DNA of 64,000 nt from Balanoglossus misakiensis. Taxonomy: Eukaryota > Animalia > Hemichordata. The notes under the pieces are model-generated. The model ran no database searches. It was given only the letters and a program-made list of their open reading frames with translations, and was not told where the DNA came from. Shown in pieces: positions 24,600 to 37,992 of the stretch; the stretch's first letter is position 1, and every line of letters starts with the position of its first letter. The DNA is taken from assembly GCA_040954595.2 (NCBI GenBank), contig CM082576.2, positions 11,287,129 through 11,351,128 on the forward strand, read 5' to 3'. A program made the translations under genes and the position numbers.

Positions 24600-25205
24600 G
24601 TGTTGAGAGAAATGACACGTACATGGTGCATCAACAATGGTTTGACAACCACCAAGGATCAGCATATGTGTAGACCAACTGGCTGTTCAGCGAACTCACT
24701 TATGCAGTGAATTCAATCTATCTTGGTCAAAATTGGATTCTTCCATACTCTTGCCCAAGTAGGGAACTAGTGACCACTCTCTCTCCTATATATCAGAAAA
24801 GTGGCCATTTGGAGGGGCTCATATAGCTCCATATCCAAGAAAGTCATTGTATATACAAAGAGTGATAGACATACCGGTAGTACTACACCACTGTCAAGTT
24901 TTTGTCACTTGAAAACCTGAAACCCGGAATCGATTGAGAATGCAACAATTTTTACACTACAATATAAATCAAAATCAACTTTATTGACACTTTTATACAC
25001 TTTCTACATATCAAAGGCACAACTTCAAAATCAAACAATAAATCTTCAAACTTTAAAATTACAGGTATAAATACCAGACACATTACAAATATTTAATTAT
25101 ACTGTACATAGTTATCAGCTGTATGCTGCTGAAAGTTTACATTTACGTAAATATGTAGTCCTTATCAACATTGACAAGGGACAGTCTTCTCTCCCAGTTT
25201 CCAAC

Positions 25206-28200
25206 TCATTTCTTGCGAGCACTACTTCCACCTATCAAAAGATGGATAAAAGCTTGATTTATTATTTGTAAGCTATAAGTTTATTAGATTAATACTGAAA
25301 TGAAGCTTTTGCATGGAAATGATATTATCTGTAAATGATTTTATAGTATAACGTGAAGCCACGTTTTACCATTGAACATGATGGTCACTACTGCCCTTTA
25401 TTATTCCCCTATGCTTATCTGGTACCCATACCAATGACTATACTTGGGACTCAAGTCATAGTAAAATGCATGGAATAGACTGTGAGCTTCTTGTTTACGC
25501 TTATTTTTGTTGACAGAATAAGACCAAGTGTTTGGCAGTATTTTCTGTTAGTTTTTTTTTTTCATCTAAAAAGCAATTTGAGATTACCTATTTGAATCCA
25601 TTTTTTATTTGTTTCATTAAAGCAACGCTTACAGAAACACATTTACATGTCTCCCACTGAGTGATAATTTTCTGTTAAAACCAATCTAACATGCAGAATA
25701 TATCACTGAAGTGCTACACCACCTATATTGTGTTAAACATACATTATATTCATTGATGCGCCTCTGCACAAAAAATGTAAACATGCAGTTGCCTTTTTTT
25801 GCAAGCATGCATGGAATGCCAGGCTTTCATGTTGAAAAAAATTGTATTGTTTGTGCCAAGGTGCATCTTCAGTTTTAAGCATGTTGGCTCTCTACAGTGA
25901 TGTATGGCAAGCGTTTGCTGTGATGCGGCGGTAGTTTACAAAGTGCAGTTAGATAAGTTGCAGTGGCAGTGCTGTTGACTGTTAGAAATTATCATGCTAT
26001 CCCAAGTACCGGTAATTATCTTGATTACCAAACTACCAGTACCCACCTCATTACCTAGCTAACTTAGATACCATCGCTAAGGCAGTCAAACATAAGGAAA
26101 AATCACACAGTTAGAAAAGAAATTTGCTAGAATTAGGATATGTTATCTCCTCAGCCACAACAACACTTTCAGCAATAGCACCAGCTGCAGATGAAAAACA
26201 GATTACAGACACCAGATCCCATCCTCTGGGATACAAACTGGCTTTGCCAAAAGACCTTTATAGTTTACCAAACATACATGTGTATGGACATACTTCCAGG
26301 CACTCCTGACATGTAAGACATCTTAAATTTTCTTTTTGAGTTACTATGACAGTATTTGTCTTTTCCAGTATACTCAGGTGAAATAAGACCTATATTTCTA
26401 GTTTGGTGCATGCGCTGGTTTTATGTAGCATTATCATGTGAAACCTTTATGTTAAACAAATAGTGGCTAGTAGAAAGTGTGGATTTGAAAAGATATTATA
26501 AGTACAAGTATAGTAAATATCAAAGCTGGTTTTGAAGTGCTGGACCAAAGTGACCATACAAATTAGCACAAAGAGCTGTCTCAAGAAATGTGTCTGTAAA
26601 AAAACAAAACAGTAATCTGGAACTCGGTCACTGTGAATGACTTCTCTTAAGTGTCTTACCTTTGAGTTCATCTCTTGCTTTGTTTAGGTTATCATTTGGT
26701 TTTGTCTGTTCAAATTTACGAGACTCTAGATAGTCCCTGAAAGCAGTCGGTGGTCTCGGTGATGTGTGAGGCCTGCTACTCTGTCTGCTCTCTAAAATGG
26801 TAAAAATATAACATTATGTTATTAGATGCAGTGTAGATTGGTAACAGGCACAACAGGGTACCGCACATCTTGCAAAATGTTGTGAACATCTTGAAAAATG
26901 AGTCTCTGTAAAACATCATGGTATTTGCCAGTATTTGGAATCTTTATGTGGGAGATTACTAAAATGAAGAGTGTACCATTGAATCTTGGAGTTGCTTAAT
27001 TAGACAATAACTAAATTTATAAGTATGTTATTTCATCATCAGAGTAAAGTACGTTCTTGTCAACAACAAAAAAAGAAAAAAAAAGTACGTTCTTAAGAAG
27101 TCAAACACGAAACAGTCTAGCAACAAATTTTATGGAGATAAAAAGATGCAACACACACACCCACACAAATAGAGACAATGTTATGACTTCATATTTCAAT
27201 GTCTACCCACCTGTTGGTCGTCTGCTAGCCACTGTTTCCAGGAAAGTCGCCAGCAACGCAAGTTCCCGTTGCAGTTTATCAGTTATGTCAGATACCTTCT
27301 GTTCCCTCTGATCAGTTTTCTCCTGCAACTTGGTAATGTCATCCAAGAATAGCTTGTCACGTTCGGCAAATTCTTTCTCCATCTCTTTGTCTTCTTTCCA
27401 ACCTTCTTCGAGTTTACCTGCAAAGGAAATAGCGTGACATTACACACTGATGTATTTAAGTATAACCAGGCGATAAAAGCCGGTAACTGGCAAATACAAC
27501 TGGATACTTTGCATTTCCAAACTGGCTACTGTTGATAAAATTATATACAAAATTCCTGGGGTAACTGTCAGATGTTGTTCAACCAAACTCTGGTTTTCAT
27601 TACCACCACCCCATTTACCCCTCACCTCTTTGTCTCGCCACTTCTAGCTGTAGAGCTTCCTTCAGTGCTGCATTTACGCTGGTTTGCTTCAGGAAACTTT
27701 CACATTCATCTTCCATTTTCTTCATTGACTGCGATTAGCAAATGGAAGAAGCAAGTTACAAAAAAAGCACTTGCGGACAGTTTGAATCATTGTAACCACA
27801 AACGGAAAACAGAATTAAAAATACATAAAATTTTTTTACTCAAAATAATTGTTACTATCAACTTTTCTTTTAAAATACAAATAATTGCACCGCCATGATG
27901 ACATTAGTCAGTAGGACATAATCCTACCTCACTGAATCTTGCATTTTCTTCAATAACCGATTTCAACTTTCTCCCAGCATGGTATATCTTTTCTTCCATT
28001 TCTCTGGTCTCCTTGGCCTGTTCTCTCATGGTACTAAGGGTTTTGACTCTGTTCGCTTTGAGTTGCTCTTTGAGCTGGAGCTGAGACAAACATGTTAAAA
28101 CCTGAAATGAGTTTACTGATTCTTTCTCAGGGATGAATTTAGGTAAACATAAAAATAGTGTTCAAGACAGTATACATGCCATAACGGTCTACATTTACGT

Positions 28201-31200
28201 GTAATCATAGACAATAGAAGTCTATGGTGTAATTGAATTTATCAAGTGTGCATGCTGCCTGAATGAAACATAATAGACAGAGATTTTAAAGAAAATTTAA
28301 ATAATTGCACATACTCAGCGACACCTGGAATGGTCAGCTTGAGTACTAGTATCTAAGATAACAAATTTCATAATCTACTACTGACGGTTCGGTTAATCAT
28401 AAGCGTATCACTACTTTTGTTAGAAACATACAGAGTAAAGAACAAGTCTTGTGCAGATGGCTCCCAGCACTCTGCTACCACTGACACTAACTACTGGTTG
28501 GAGGTAGCATGGTGTTGGGTCTACTGTACACGACAGAATCATTCAACCTAGGCTAGATAACGATAGCTAGAACTAGACAGTTGGTGCACATGCACTTGTA
28601 ACATTACTACATGTATTGATCAATAAACACTGTAAACAGTTGGCAACAAACAGTATGTTCACAAAACAAAACGATACTGCATACGGAAGAGACAATATGC
28701 ATTCAACACAACAGACACAGAATGCAATTTTTTTTCACTTCACTGCAAACTGTCTACAGGATAAGTCAATATGTGTGAGTAACACTAACAGTAAGAAAAA
28801 TCCTTATTTTTCTGTAACCATCTCAGTATTATTTACATAGACATTTAGTAAATTATCTACTGCTATGGACGTAAAGTCTGAAATAAACGTTAATAAAAAT
28901 AATATTGTAAAATTTTGTTAGTAAAAACATTATGGAATCTAAACTGTCAATAATACACTGATAAAGGATTAGAATAACCTTGAGTGAAGGGGCACCTTTA
29001 CTCTTCATGCCGAAGAGTACAGTTGGAATCAGAGATGAGCATGCAAGCAGAGAGAAAAATAGAGAAGAAAAGTCAATAAATGAATTTTTCCCAACTAGAA
29101 TCCCAAAACAGTTATATGTGTATAAGTTTTTAAATGTCACATCCTAATTGTCATGTCTGAAACCTTTCCTACAGTAAATGCAGTTGTGGCATCGAATGGA
29201 TGTTTCACAGTACACATTGACTTTAAACCATGAGAGACACAGTTCACTTGGTGTCTTCAAGTGAAAATTCTGGTTATGCTCTCAACTGAGTAAATAATGC
29301 ATTTATTATGCACGACAAGATACATGTAGGTGCTCATATCACAGATACATGAACATGTACCAGATAAAACTCACAGGAATAACAAATGCAAATCAATCGA
29401 TCCAATAACATGTTCAGTGTTCCAAAGAGAATCATTCCATCCACAATATTATTCTTTACTATCAATCACGTGATCTGGCAATGTGTCACATGGCGCAGTC
29501 ATTTCCAGATGACGGGCAAGCAATATTTCGGCATCCAGTAAAAGTTTTCCCGAGTATGTTTTTACTTTAGAACCGCCAAACACGCAACATGTATCGGGTA
29601 TGTTGCCTCATCAGCCTCATTGCATTTCGTCTGCACAGTCTTTGTCTGCACCACGTAAGTCCACGTTGCTGAAGTTGCCCGTCATCTGGAAATTTGAATG
29701 CGAACGCAACTGCCACCTGAGCGCGTCTGACGTCATTTGATAGCGAAGAATAGCATAATTCAAGTAAACATGGGAGTCCACCAGAATTAATAACAGTGGG
29801 AATAGTAAAAAGGCAGCTGCAACCAGGAGTCAAACTTTATTGATAAAGCGCCAACGTTTTGGCACCGCACAGGTTGCCTTCTTCAGGGTAACAGGTGATA
29901 GTCTGGTTAAATGGATATAATGGAATTATTTGTAACAGACATAAATGTTGGTTAAAAGCAAAATGTTAGAGGACTAATGCAAGTATGGGTGCACCACAAG
30001 CTCGCTGAAGGATTTGGGTAATAACGCCATCAGAGGGGAGCATGTCCAGACAGAAATACTTCCTGGCAGCTAAAATATATGAATGTTTTGTGAAACTTCA
30101 TATGCAAAAAAAATGACAACATCCTCATCAATCATCAGTCAACTGTTTTGGAAAAGAAAATTAGACATAGGAAGGTCACTGGTGACGATACGTCACATGG
30201 TCGAATGTCAAAATTGATACCAGAGATCTCTGCAACATGAAACACAATTGTGATTTCATATCAGTTGTCTTGCTTTGTGCATAATGGGCCACCATGAGAT
30301 CAAATGCAACGTTATCTTAAAACAGACAAAACTCCAACCTGTGGTCTGGTTATGCGATCAATATCTTGCTTTTTCCTTCTGGTCTCATCTGTGAGTCCTC
30401 CTCGCTTGTTCTTCAGTTCTGTTTAGGACAAAAACCAAACGAAAACATATGAACCACTGGAAAAAAAATTGTATCATGCATTGCTATATAGAGGTTTGCT
30501 ATGTGCTATGTTACATTTGTAACAAAAATTTAGGCTGTACATACAGTTTGCTTTGATCATAGACAGACTATTTTGAAAATGATGAAAGTTTAGTTTTAAC
30601 TGATCTGAAGATTATTTGTAGTGGCTTGAATATTTAGAAAACACTTATGGCATCTACTGTACCACCCATACTAACACCATAGATACATGTACACTGGTCA
30701 CATGATGGTAGCCTTTATTGTGACACTTACTGACAATACTTTTCTTCATTGAATCAAAGTCTGTGGTCTTTTCTTCAAATTTCGTCTCAAATTCTTCATA
30801 ACCGGGTGTTTTGTCTTCTATAGTTTGTTTTTTATCAGCAAGTTCATTTTCCATGCCTGCAATGTCATCCTGAAGTTGGGGGAGATAGTATTTGTTACAT
30901 GTTTAATAGATACTACAAACCGTCAAATTGTAATGTTGACATACTACATATAATGGTACTATACTTAATAATAAAAGTGAATTTGAAGATAATATATTAT
31001 CACAGAATCTAACCACACAACTTTCATAAACATCCTGAATAGAGGGAATACATCATTTTTACATGGATGACTGAGAATCTCACATTTCAATTTTCATCAA
31101 ACACACCTGGCAGGACATTCTGGTTTACTGGGATAGAGGCTTCACAGTTCTTTCAAATAGCTGTTGATGATTTTTGCATCGGTACACAGAAACCAGTACA

Positions 31201-34200
31201 TTTAGTGTTTTACAAGGCATGTATGTAGAAATATTGCCAGCTGATTGATAAACATTCACTCACTTGCAATTTTGTGACAATACCGGTTAATCTTTTCTCC
31301 ATGGAATGGAACTTGTTTGAGGTCTCTTTGAGTTCCTTGTCAAGTTCTTTTATCCTTGCTTCATCAGACCGCAAGTCCTTCGTCAGTTGAGCATTCTGCA
31401 GATTAACCATATGTCTGTTTTAGACAATCACGGAAATCAACAAGAAATAGAAAACTTGATCCTAAAGTACAGGTATCTTCTATTGATAGTTTTGATGGCA
31501 AAATATCCAGTTATGTACAGGTACAGTAAAGAGTGTTATGTTGTGTGTCCTTGGCACCTGTACAAACAAATATATTTTGTTACCTCAGCAGTAAGATCGG
31601 AATGTTGTTGTTTATCTTCAGCGAGTCTTGCGTTCATATCTTTCATGTACCTTGCCAGGGCTGACCTAAAATCTTCCAGTTCTTTCAGAGCTGCATCTCG
31701 CTTCTCCTGCAATTCAAACCTCTCTTTGCGTTCTTTGGCGAGTGCTTCTCTGTAATCTGTTATCTGTTTATTTAGCATAGCCATGGAAGCTCTGGCAGAG
31801 AATAAAACAATATTTGCATTTATACATGTACTGACAATCAGAGAACGAGGAATTGCCAGTCATCAGTGATTACACTGCGCTTGCTGGTGTGTATGAAAGT
31901 ACAGTTGTAACACTACACTGATTGGCCTATGGCTGTCTCTGTGCGAGTCGCGCCCAGATCTCTTTCTTCTTGAAGACAAAGGCCAAACAGTCGTCAATAC
32001 AACTCACACAAGTCCCCACAAACATGCTTTACAATAAGAATATGCTTACTCATGATTCTCCTCCAGCAGTTCAATCTGTTTCTCCATCTCATCATTTTCT
32101 TGTTTCATTCTCGCCATGTCTTCTGCTTTGTTCAGGAGTTCGTCCTTCATGCCTTGCAACCTGCAATTAAGACATTGTCCCGCCCATCTATCTAGCTCTC
32201 GCCTCAGTTTTAATCACCAGCCACCACACCAACCCATGACAACACTATTTCCCTTACAAGTTACACCCTATTCCCACTGTGCCATCAGAATAACACACTT
32301 GAATATTAATAATAAGTCAACTGGATAGTTTTTGAATTAACATTATTCACCTTAGGAGTTACAGGAACCAGAACACCCACTGCCCATAAAATATTGGTTT
32401 TGGGCATTAACATGAGTAAACAGTTACTTATCTCCCAGTGAAAAGATCTACAAACCAAAACAATTAGGCCATAACATCCTGAGTAAGGATTGGTCATAGG
32501 ACAGAGATCAAAGCCAAGTTGTACATGAATACTGTACGAGTATTTTATTTCCCAATACTAGAATTAAAAAAATACTGATCAAGCAACCTCTTAAATAGGA
32601 ATGTAACAATATTTTGCCTGTCAAGGTGTCTTTAATTTCTGCATTTTCTGCCCACTTATTGACTTAATGACTCACACAGTTTTTTTTCTCAAGTAACTGT
32701 GATATAAAAAAATGATGACATCAAAATGCATGTAGGTACTAGTGTGGTAATGTTCTTGTAGCAGTATTATACAAAGAGGCTGTTGATCTGCATTTTTCTT
32801 TATGTCTCTATGCTAGTAGTATAATAACATTCATGAAATAGTTGAACATCTACTGTGTTAGCACTTACTAAAAGTTGACTACTAGTATGTTGTATTTACA
32901 TGTAATAGGGTTATTATTACTGGGTCAAAAGGTTAGCTCTATATATATTGTCAGAACGGCTCAAACTATGTTTACTCAAAACTATTCTACAAAATTAACA
33001 GGTATAAAAATAAAAATATATTTAAACAAAATAAAAAAGATTAGTTGTTACAAAAGCTTCTTGATTACTTGTCACTGTAAAACAGTAAAAAAATCATTAA
33101 TATGCAATTTCCAAGCGGTCTGATTTTAGATGCTGGAACAGTCAACGCAACAATGCACACATGCACACGTCTGCAAACACCTGTTAGTGAACTTGAGGGG
33201 GTAAAAACAAAGAGGACTTACATGTCGTTGAGTTCTTTGACCTTGGAGGCATCATAGTTACGTGCCTCCACTGACTCCCTAATTTCTGGAATGCACCACG
33301 ACAGAGGTCAGTCATCATGGCACAAAGCCAAAGACAAGAGAAGGGCGAATGCACATAACAATGAAAACTCCGAAGAAAACAAAACTCCCCGGGGAAGAAA
33401 GAAAGAAAACAAAAAGTGCATGTAACAGTTTAACGCGAAATATCTATACGCGGAGTCGCACCTCCTTGTGGATGGTTTTTATATAACGCAAGGTTGCAGG
33501 TTGGTGTGCGACACACTGACAACACACGGTGGGGGGGGGGGTGTCCGTACTTTTTGGGTGGGGGTGGGGGGGGGTGACAGTTTGGGTGCATTCATGCAGT
33601 GATATCAACCGATGGAGCAAAGCATTGCCAACCATCCATAAGGGCATAGTAATATATGCAATAGGAGGACTCAACACAATAGATCCAACACCATCACCGT
33701 GCTATGTCACAATAAGCGGTCCATATATAATGTCAACGTATGCAGAAACGGTTGGACCCTGATTGTCGGAAGCTTGTTGTTGGTCTAGAATTGGGTTTCA
33801 CAAGTTCAGTGATGTAACATATGTCAATGAATGAAACAAGTTACATCAAGTATACTGCATTTTCCAGTCTGACACTGGGTGGACAAATAAAGTAGTGTTA
33901 CATTAATTCTGATGACAAGAGCCTTGAAGATAAATTCATTTCTTAAAACCCAGCCACTTGTGACAATCAAGGTCCAACAAAGTCATTTAGTATGTATGAT
34001 ATTTTATACTGTTCACCATAAAATGTCATCATATCAATTGTCAAAACCATTTAGTTTTCATGAAATCTTGTCTTGGGATGCATTGCTGTTGTTATTCTTA
34101 GGTTAGATCACTCAAGAAGGTGCAATGTAAGTGGAATACTTTATTTTATGACAATTTTCTTTGGATCCTGTTTTCACATTCAATTGTACTTTCTTTGACT

Positions 34201-37200
34201 ATGTCCTCAAACCTTTTTTGTTTTCATTCACTGATAGTGTATAATTGCAGAGTAGAATTTGATTCAACATGTAAACACTACATGCAATTGGATGAAAGTA
34301 AAGTAGACCAAATTAATTGGGTTACCTAATCGCAGAGTCTGTTGCCTCTCATGTAGATCACCATACAAGGTTGTAGCTTGTTCCATTTCAGTATTGAGCT
34401 GGGAAAAAATATAAACATCTTATAACAAGAGGAAGGGAATTAATTCAAAAAGTGTGACTAATAAAGAGGATAAAAGAGGGTAAAGGATAAAGGCAGAATG
34501 TATATTTTGCTAGCATTGATATTTTATCTAAATTAATTTGCCAAGGAATGATACTTTCAGGTTGTAATGGTCACATGGGGCTCATGATATTTGGCCTTGT
34601 GATTTGTATAAAAGAAATGGTTTCATCAGTAAAATAAAGAAATTATTCTGTCTTACATGTTCCATCCTCTTTTCAAGGATGCTCTTTTTATCAGCGAATT
34701 CCTTTTCAAGTTTCTCTCTCTTTTCCCGAATTTCAATCCTGTAGACAGAGTGAAGTACCTTTATCAACAGTCATCAACAGTCAGTCATATATTGGGATGG
34801 CCACACACACGTACGAAAATTAAGTATCATTCTGTTCACAGTAAAACATCGTAACTGAATACTAGTGAAGCTCTAGTTCGATTTTAATAGAATTATAAAG
34901 GACAAGAGTGATAATTACCCTTTTTTCTTGAGTTCCTCATTCTCCTCGTGTTCAATTTCAAGTTGTCTGGTGAACTGTTTCTCTTGTTGCTCAAGTCTAT
35001 TCCGTGATGTTTCAAACCTCCGTATGCTCTATAATAAAATCATTTTACTTTTCATCAATATTAACCATTGTACTTCTTACACATTCTGCAGTGAATTCCT
35101 CAAAAATAACCTGGAAGAAATTTTAGGATAACCACCATGGTTTTACATGTGATGTGTCTGTCTGTTACCTTTCTTATAGCATGTAATTTGCTTTCACTTT
35201 CTGTAACTTCTTCCTTGATGGCGTCCAGCTCTTTTTTCTTGCCAATGTTAGCCTCTTTTTGCTTTTTTGTTTTCTTGGTTGTATCGTGCTGTGAGAGAAA
35301 AATAGTGACATGACTGAGTTGGTAATAAAGACACCATTACACTTTTGATGTTTACTTGCAAGAGATTATCATCACATGACATTCCAAACCAATCACATGA
35401 CAGGTTGTGTGAACATCATAAACATGGTAGTTTATACCCCCCTCCCCAAAGAAAAAGAAAGAAAGTTAATTTCTTCTGTAAACTGAGGGACACATGAACT
35501 TACAACTGCTTGTTTAAGTCTCTTCTTCTCCTGCCTTGCATCAGACCGTTCTTGGATCATGTCCTCTTTCAAGATGACAATACCAGTTTCAAGATCAACA
35601 ATCTGTAAAAGACACATGATGTATACTGATTATACATACACAAACAGATACTAATGCATTATCAGATAAAAAAATTAAGACAGACTCATCAGACAAAAAG
35701 ATTAATCACTTGGGGGCGCTCTTCATGATAAAAAAGATGACCATCTCTGGCCTGCAGTGTTTTTGTCAAGGTTGGGTAGGTCATTCAATAACAGAGCTAT
35801 CATATTCAGTCAAGAGACTAGTATTACTGTAAACTCACCTTCTGGTTAGTTTCTCTCAGTTTGTCTCTTGTTTCATTCAAAGTAATCTGTTTACTAAAAA
35901 AAAGAAACACAACAAAAGTCCTGTAAATACATTATGTATGAAATGTATGGGAAGAGTTTTGATATCTGTACAGAGAAATCCTACCAGAGTCCCTCCTGGT
36001 CTTAAATAGGAAACTGTAACACCCACCTAGCTTTGTCTGCCATCCTTTGATTAAGCTGTGATATGACTTCTTCGTGTTGAGCACGCACCATGTCACGCTC
36101 AGGACTGCGAAAAAAATAAATTGTCATTTTAATTATTCCATCAGGTTATTTTTCACACCAATCACTAGTATTTGTTAACCATGTTGTAGACCACATTTTA
36201 TTATCATAAAATGCGGTCATTTACTTCACAATTAGAATGTCAAACCTACAGAATGGCCATGAAGGAAAAGGCAAACTTACTGAAGGATGGCATTTTGTTT
36301 TTCTAGAGATTTCAGTCTTTTTTCCAAGTATTCTATGCTGTCATTCAGAGTTTGAAGTTGATCCTGGAGGAAAGATAAAAACAGATGAAAATTTTGATTG
36401 ATGATAGAATTTCTATAGAAATCACTGATCAAGTTTGGTTCTCTAAACAAAAAGCACAAAAAAACCACTGATCTTCAAATTCAAGAAAAACTCAAACCAG
36501 TTGCTCCAGACAGTTGAGGCAATAATCACTGCAATTCTCACTCACCTGTAACTTTTTTAGTTCATCTGCATTGGACTGTCTTGCTGAGGTAACGGCAGTC
36601 TGGATTTCGTTATTGATCTCATCGGGTGATAAAAACAGCTTATGTCTGAGTATGCTGGAGTGTATGGTTTCAGTCTCAAGGAGTTCATGTGTTTTCACTC
36701 TTTCTTTATCCTGAAATTAACAACAATTGTCATGACCTTATAAAGGCAGTGAAATGTCAGTTTTAACAGCAATTAGATTGGATTGCTTTTGTCAAAATAT
36801 CAAAATGTCAAACATATTATGCTGTTCAAGAAGATCATTTGCCAATACAATCATGTTGCATGTACTTACCAACTCTCTGATAGCTTCAGCAATCTGATCC
36901 AGAATTTCTATATCAGGATCACTAAATCCATACTCAGCAAAGCTCACATCTTTCATACGCGAACCTAATTACAAGAAGATTGAATGTGTGTTGCAATTTT
37001 TTTTATTTTAAATTCTGGGTTATTTTTATTATTATTGTTATTCCATATGAACTATGGAATGTTCAAACATCACTTTCACCCGAACGTGGAGTTACCACAG
37101 TACCTCCATGGAATCCAAGATTCTAAGGATATAGTTTGAGCTAGCTCCATGGAACAATATACTGTAGTTCAAGAACTGTACATGACGTCATTCATATGCA

Positions 37201-37553
37201 TTTGAGTTGACATCCACCTGTTGTACCTCATATGCCAAACAAACAGAAAGTCGGAAAACACTGTTTCTCTGCAAATCACGATTAATTCTACTAGTATACA
37301 TGTAAAGACATTCATATTAACCATCGGATTTGTGCATGAAGGCAGGAAGCTTCTCTGGTGAAGCTTCCTGTACCTCCAGGCTCCAGTTATTCAATGTAGG
37401 TGTCGCCTGTACCCTCCTTGGAGACGGATCTTGCTGGGTATAAGGCTTTCACATTCAAAATCACAAATATGTCAACGTACCAAGTTCACGCAGGTGCTCA
37501 ACGGCATTGTTTACGCCCGGCACCTCAGTCGTGGAAGCTCGAGTGGAAGTCAT
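25206..37553 (-). CDS. CCDC175: Coiled-coil domain-containing protein 175-like (about 20 exons)
   Basis: Spliced frame MTSTRASTTEVPGVNNAVEHLREL...ILDQIAEAIREL...HELLETETIHSSILRHKL...NEIQTAVTSARQSN...HEEVISQLNQRMADKA..ITLNETRDKL...LKSVIEENARF...GGSSARKK*. It tracks the CCDC175 pattern as I recall it; heptad-rich throughout. Minus-strand AATAAA at 24985-24980. Confidence 0.75.
28206..28226. mobile_element. 21-bp mini-element or footprint CATAGAC...GTCTATG with 7-bp TSD
   Basis: gtgtaat|catagac-aatagaa-gtctatg|gtgtaat (direct repeats at 28199-28205 and 28227-28233). Confidence 0.75.
29501..29693. mobile_element. MITE-like element bounded by 19-bp perfect inverted repeats in a CCDC175 intron
   Basis: atttccagatgacgggcaa (29501-29519) and ttgcccgtcatctggaaat (29675-29693). 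No clear TSD. Confidence 0.55.
29836..29890 (-). ncRNA. Degenerate minimal type I hammerhead ribozyme of a Penelope-like element terminal repeat
   Basis: Minus strand ACC-CTGAAGA-A-GGCAACC-TGTGC-GGTGCC-AAAA-CGTT-GG...AATAAA. The catalytic GAAA reads AAAA. Confidence 0.6.
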
Positions 37554-37992
37554 GCCTGTATCTTTTCACCCCATAGTTACCATTTTCATCAAAAGGACGC
37601 CATTTGTTTTGAAATGTCAGTTCCTGTTTTTCCCAGAGTGCACTTCACCAGACCTCTCAAGTTATCATTTAAAATTTATATACTGTAATATTTTTGTTTT
37701 AAGTTGGATAACAAACCAAACATTTTATTCTTACATATGGCAAATCTTAATCGGTTGTTAAGCGTACACTTTTCTGTCCTAGTTCGATTCGCGAATATCA
37801 TAAAAAGATATTAAGATATCATAAAATAGCACGATAAACATGGGTATCATAGGGGTACTTTGATGGCAAGATGGCGGCCACCATCTCAAGAAGATTGTTG
37901 CACTTGGAGCTCCTGTTCTCGTAGAAAAGATGGCATTTAACAGCGTTTAAGTCGTCGATTGAGTAACTTACATTCTGTGCTAAATATTTCAA
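37554..37992. promoter_or_regulatory. Bidirectional promoter CCDC175/PIGH with a YY1 motif
   Basis: CAAGATGGCGGC at 37867-37878, oriented toward PIGH. Confidence 0.55.

Noticed and set aside
29560-29635. Second CTGATGA hammerhead-like core on the minus strand
   Set aside because: The helix after it is not followed by GAAA and no valid NUH site can be built.
33443-33685. G-run cluster (G-quadruplex-like) inside weak inverted repeats; other poly-G/C runs at 4838, 8133, 16938, 42983
   Set aside because: Homopolymer runs are common in this genome; element boundaries and TSD could not be defined.
37343-37370. 11-bp inverted repeat CAGGAAGCTTC...GAAGCTTCCTG
   Set aside because: No flanking duplication, so it was not grouped with the TSD-bearing footprints.
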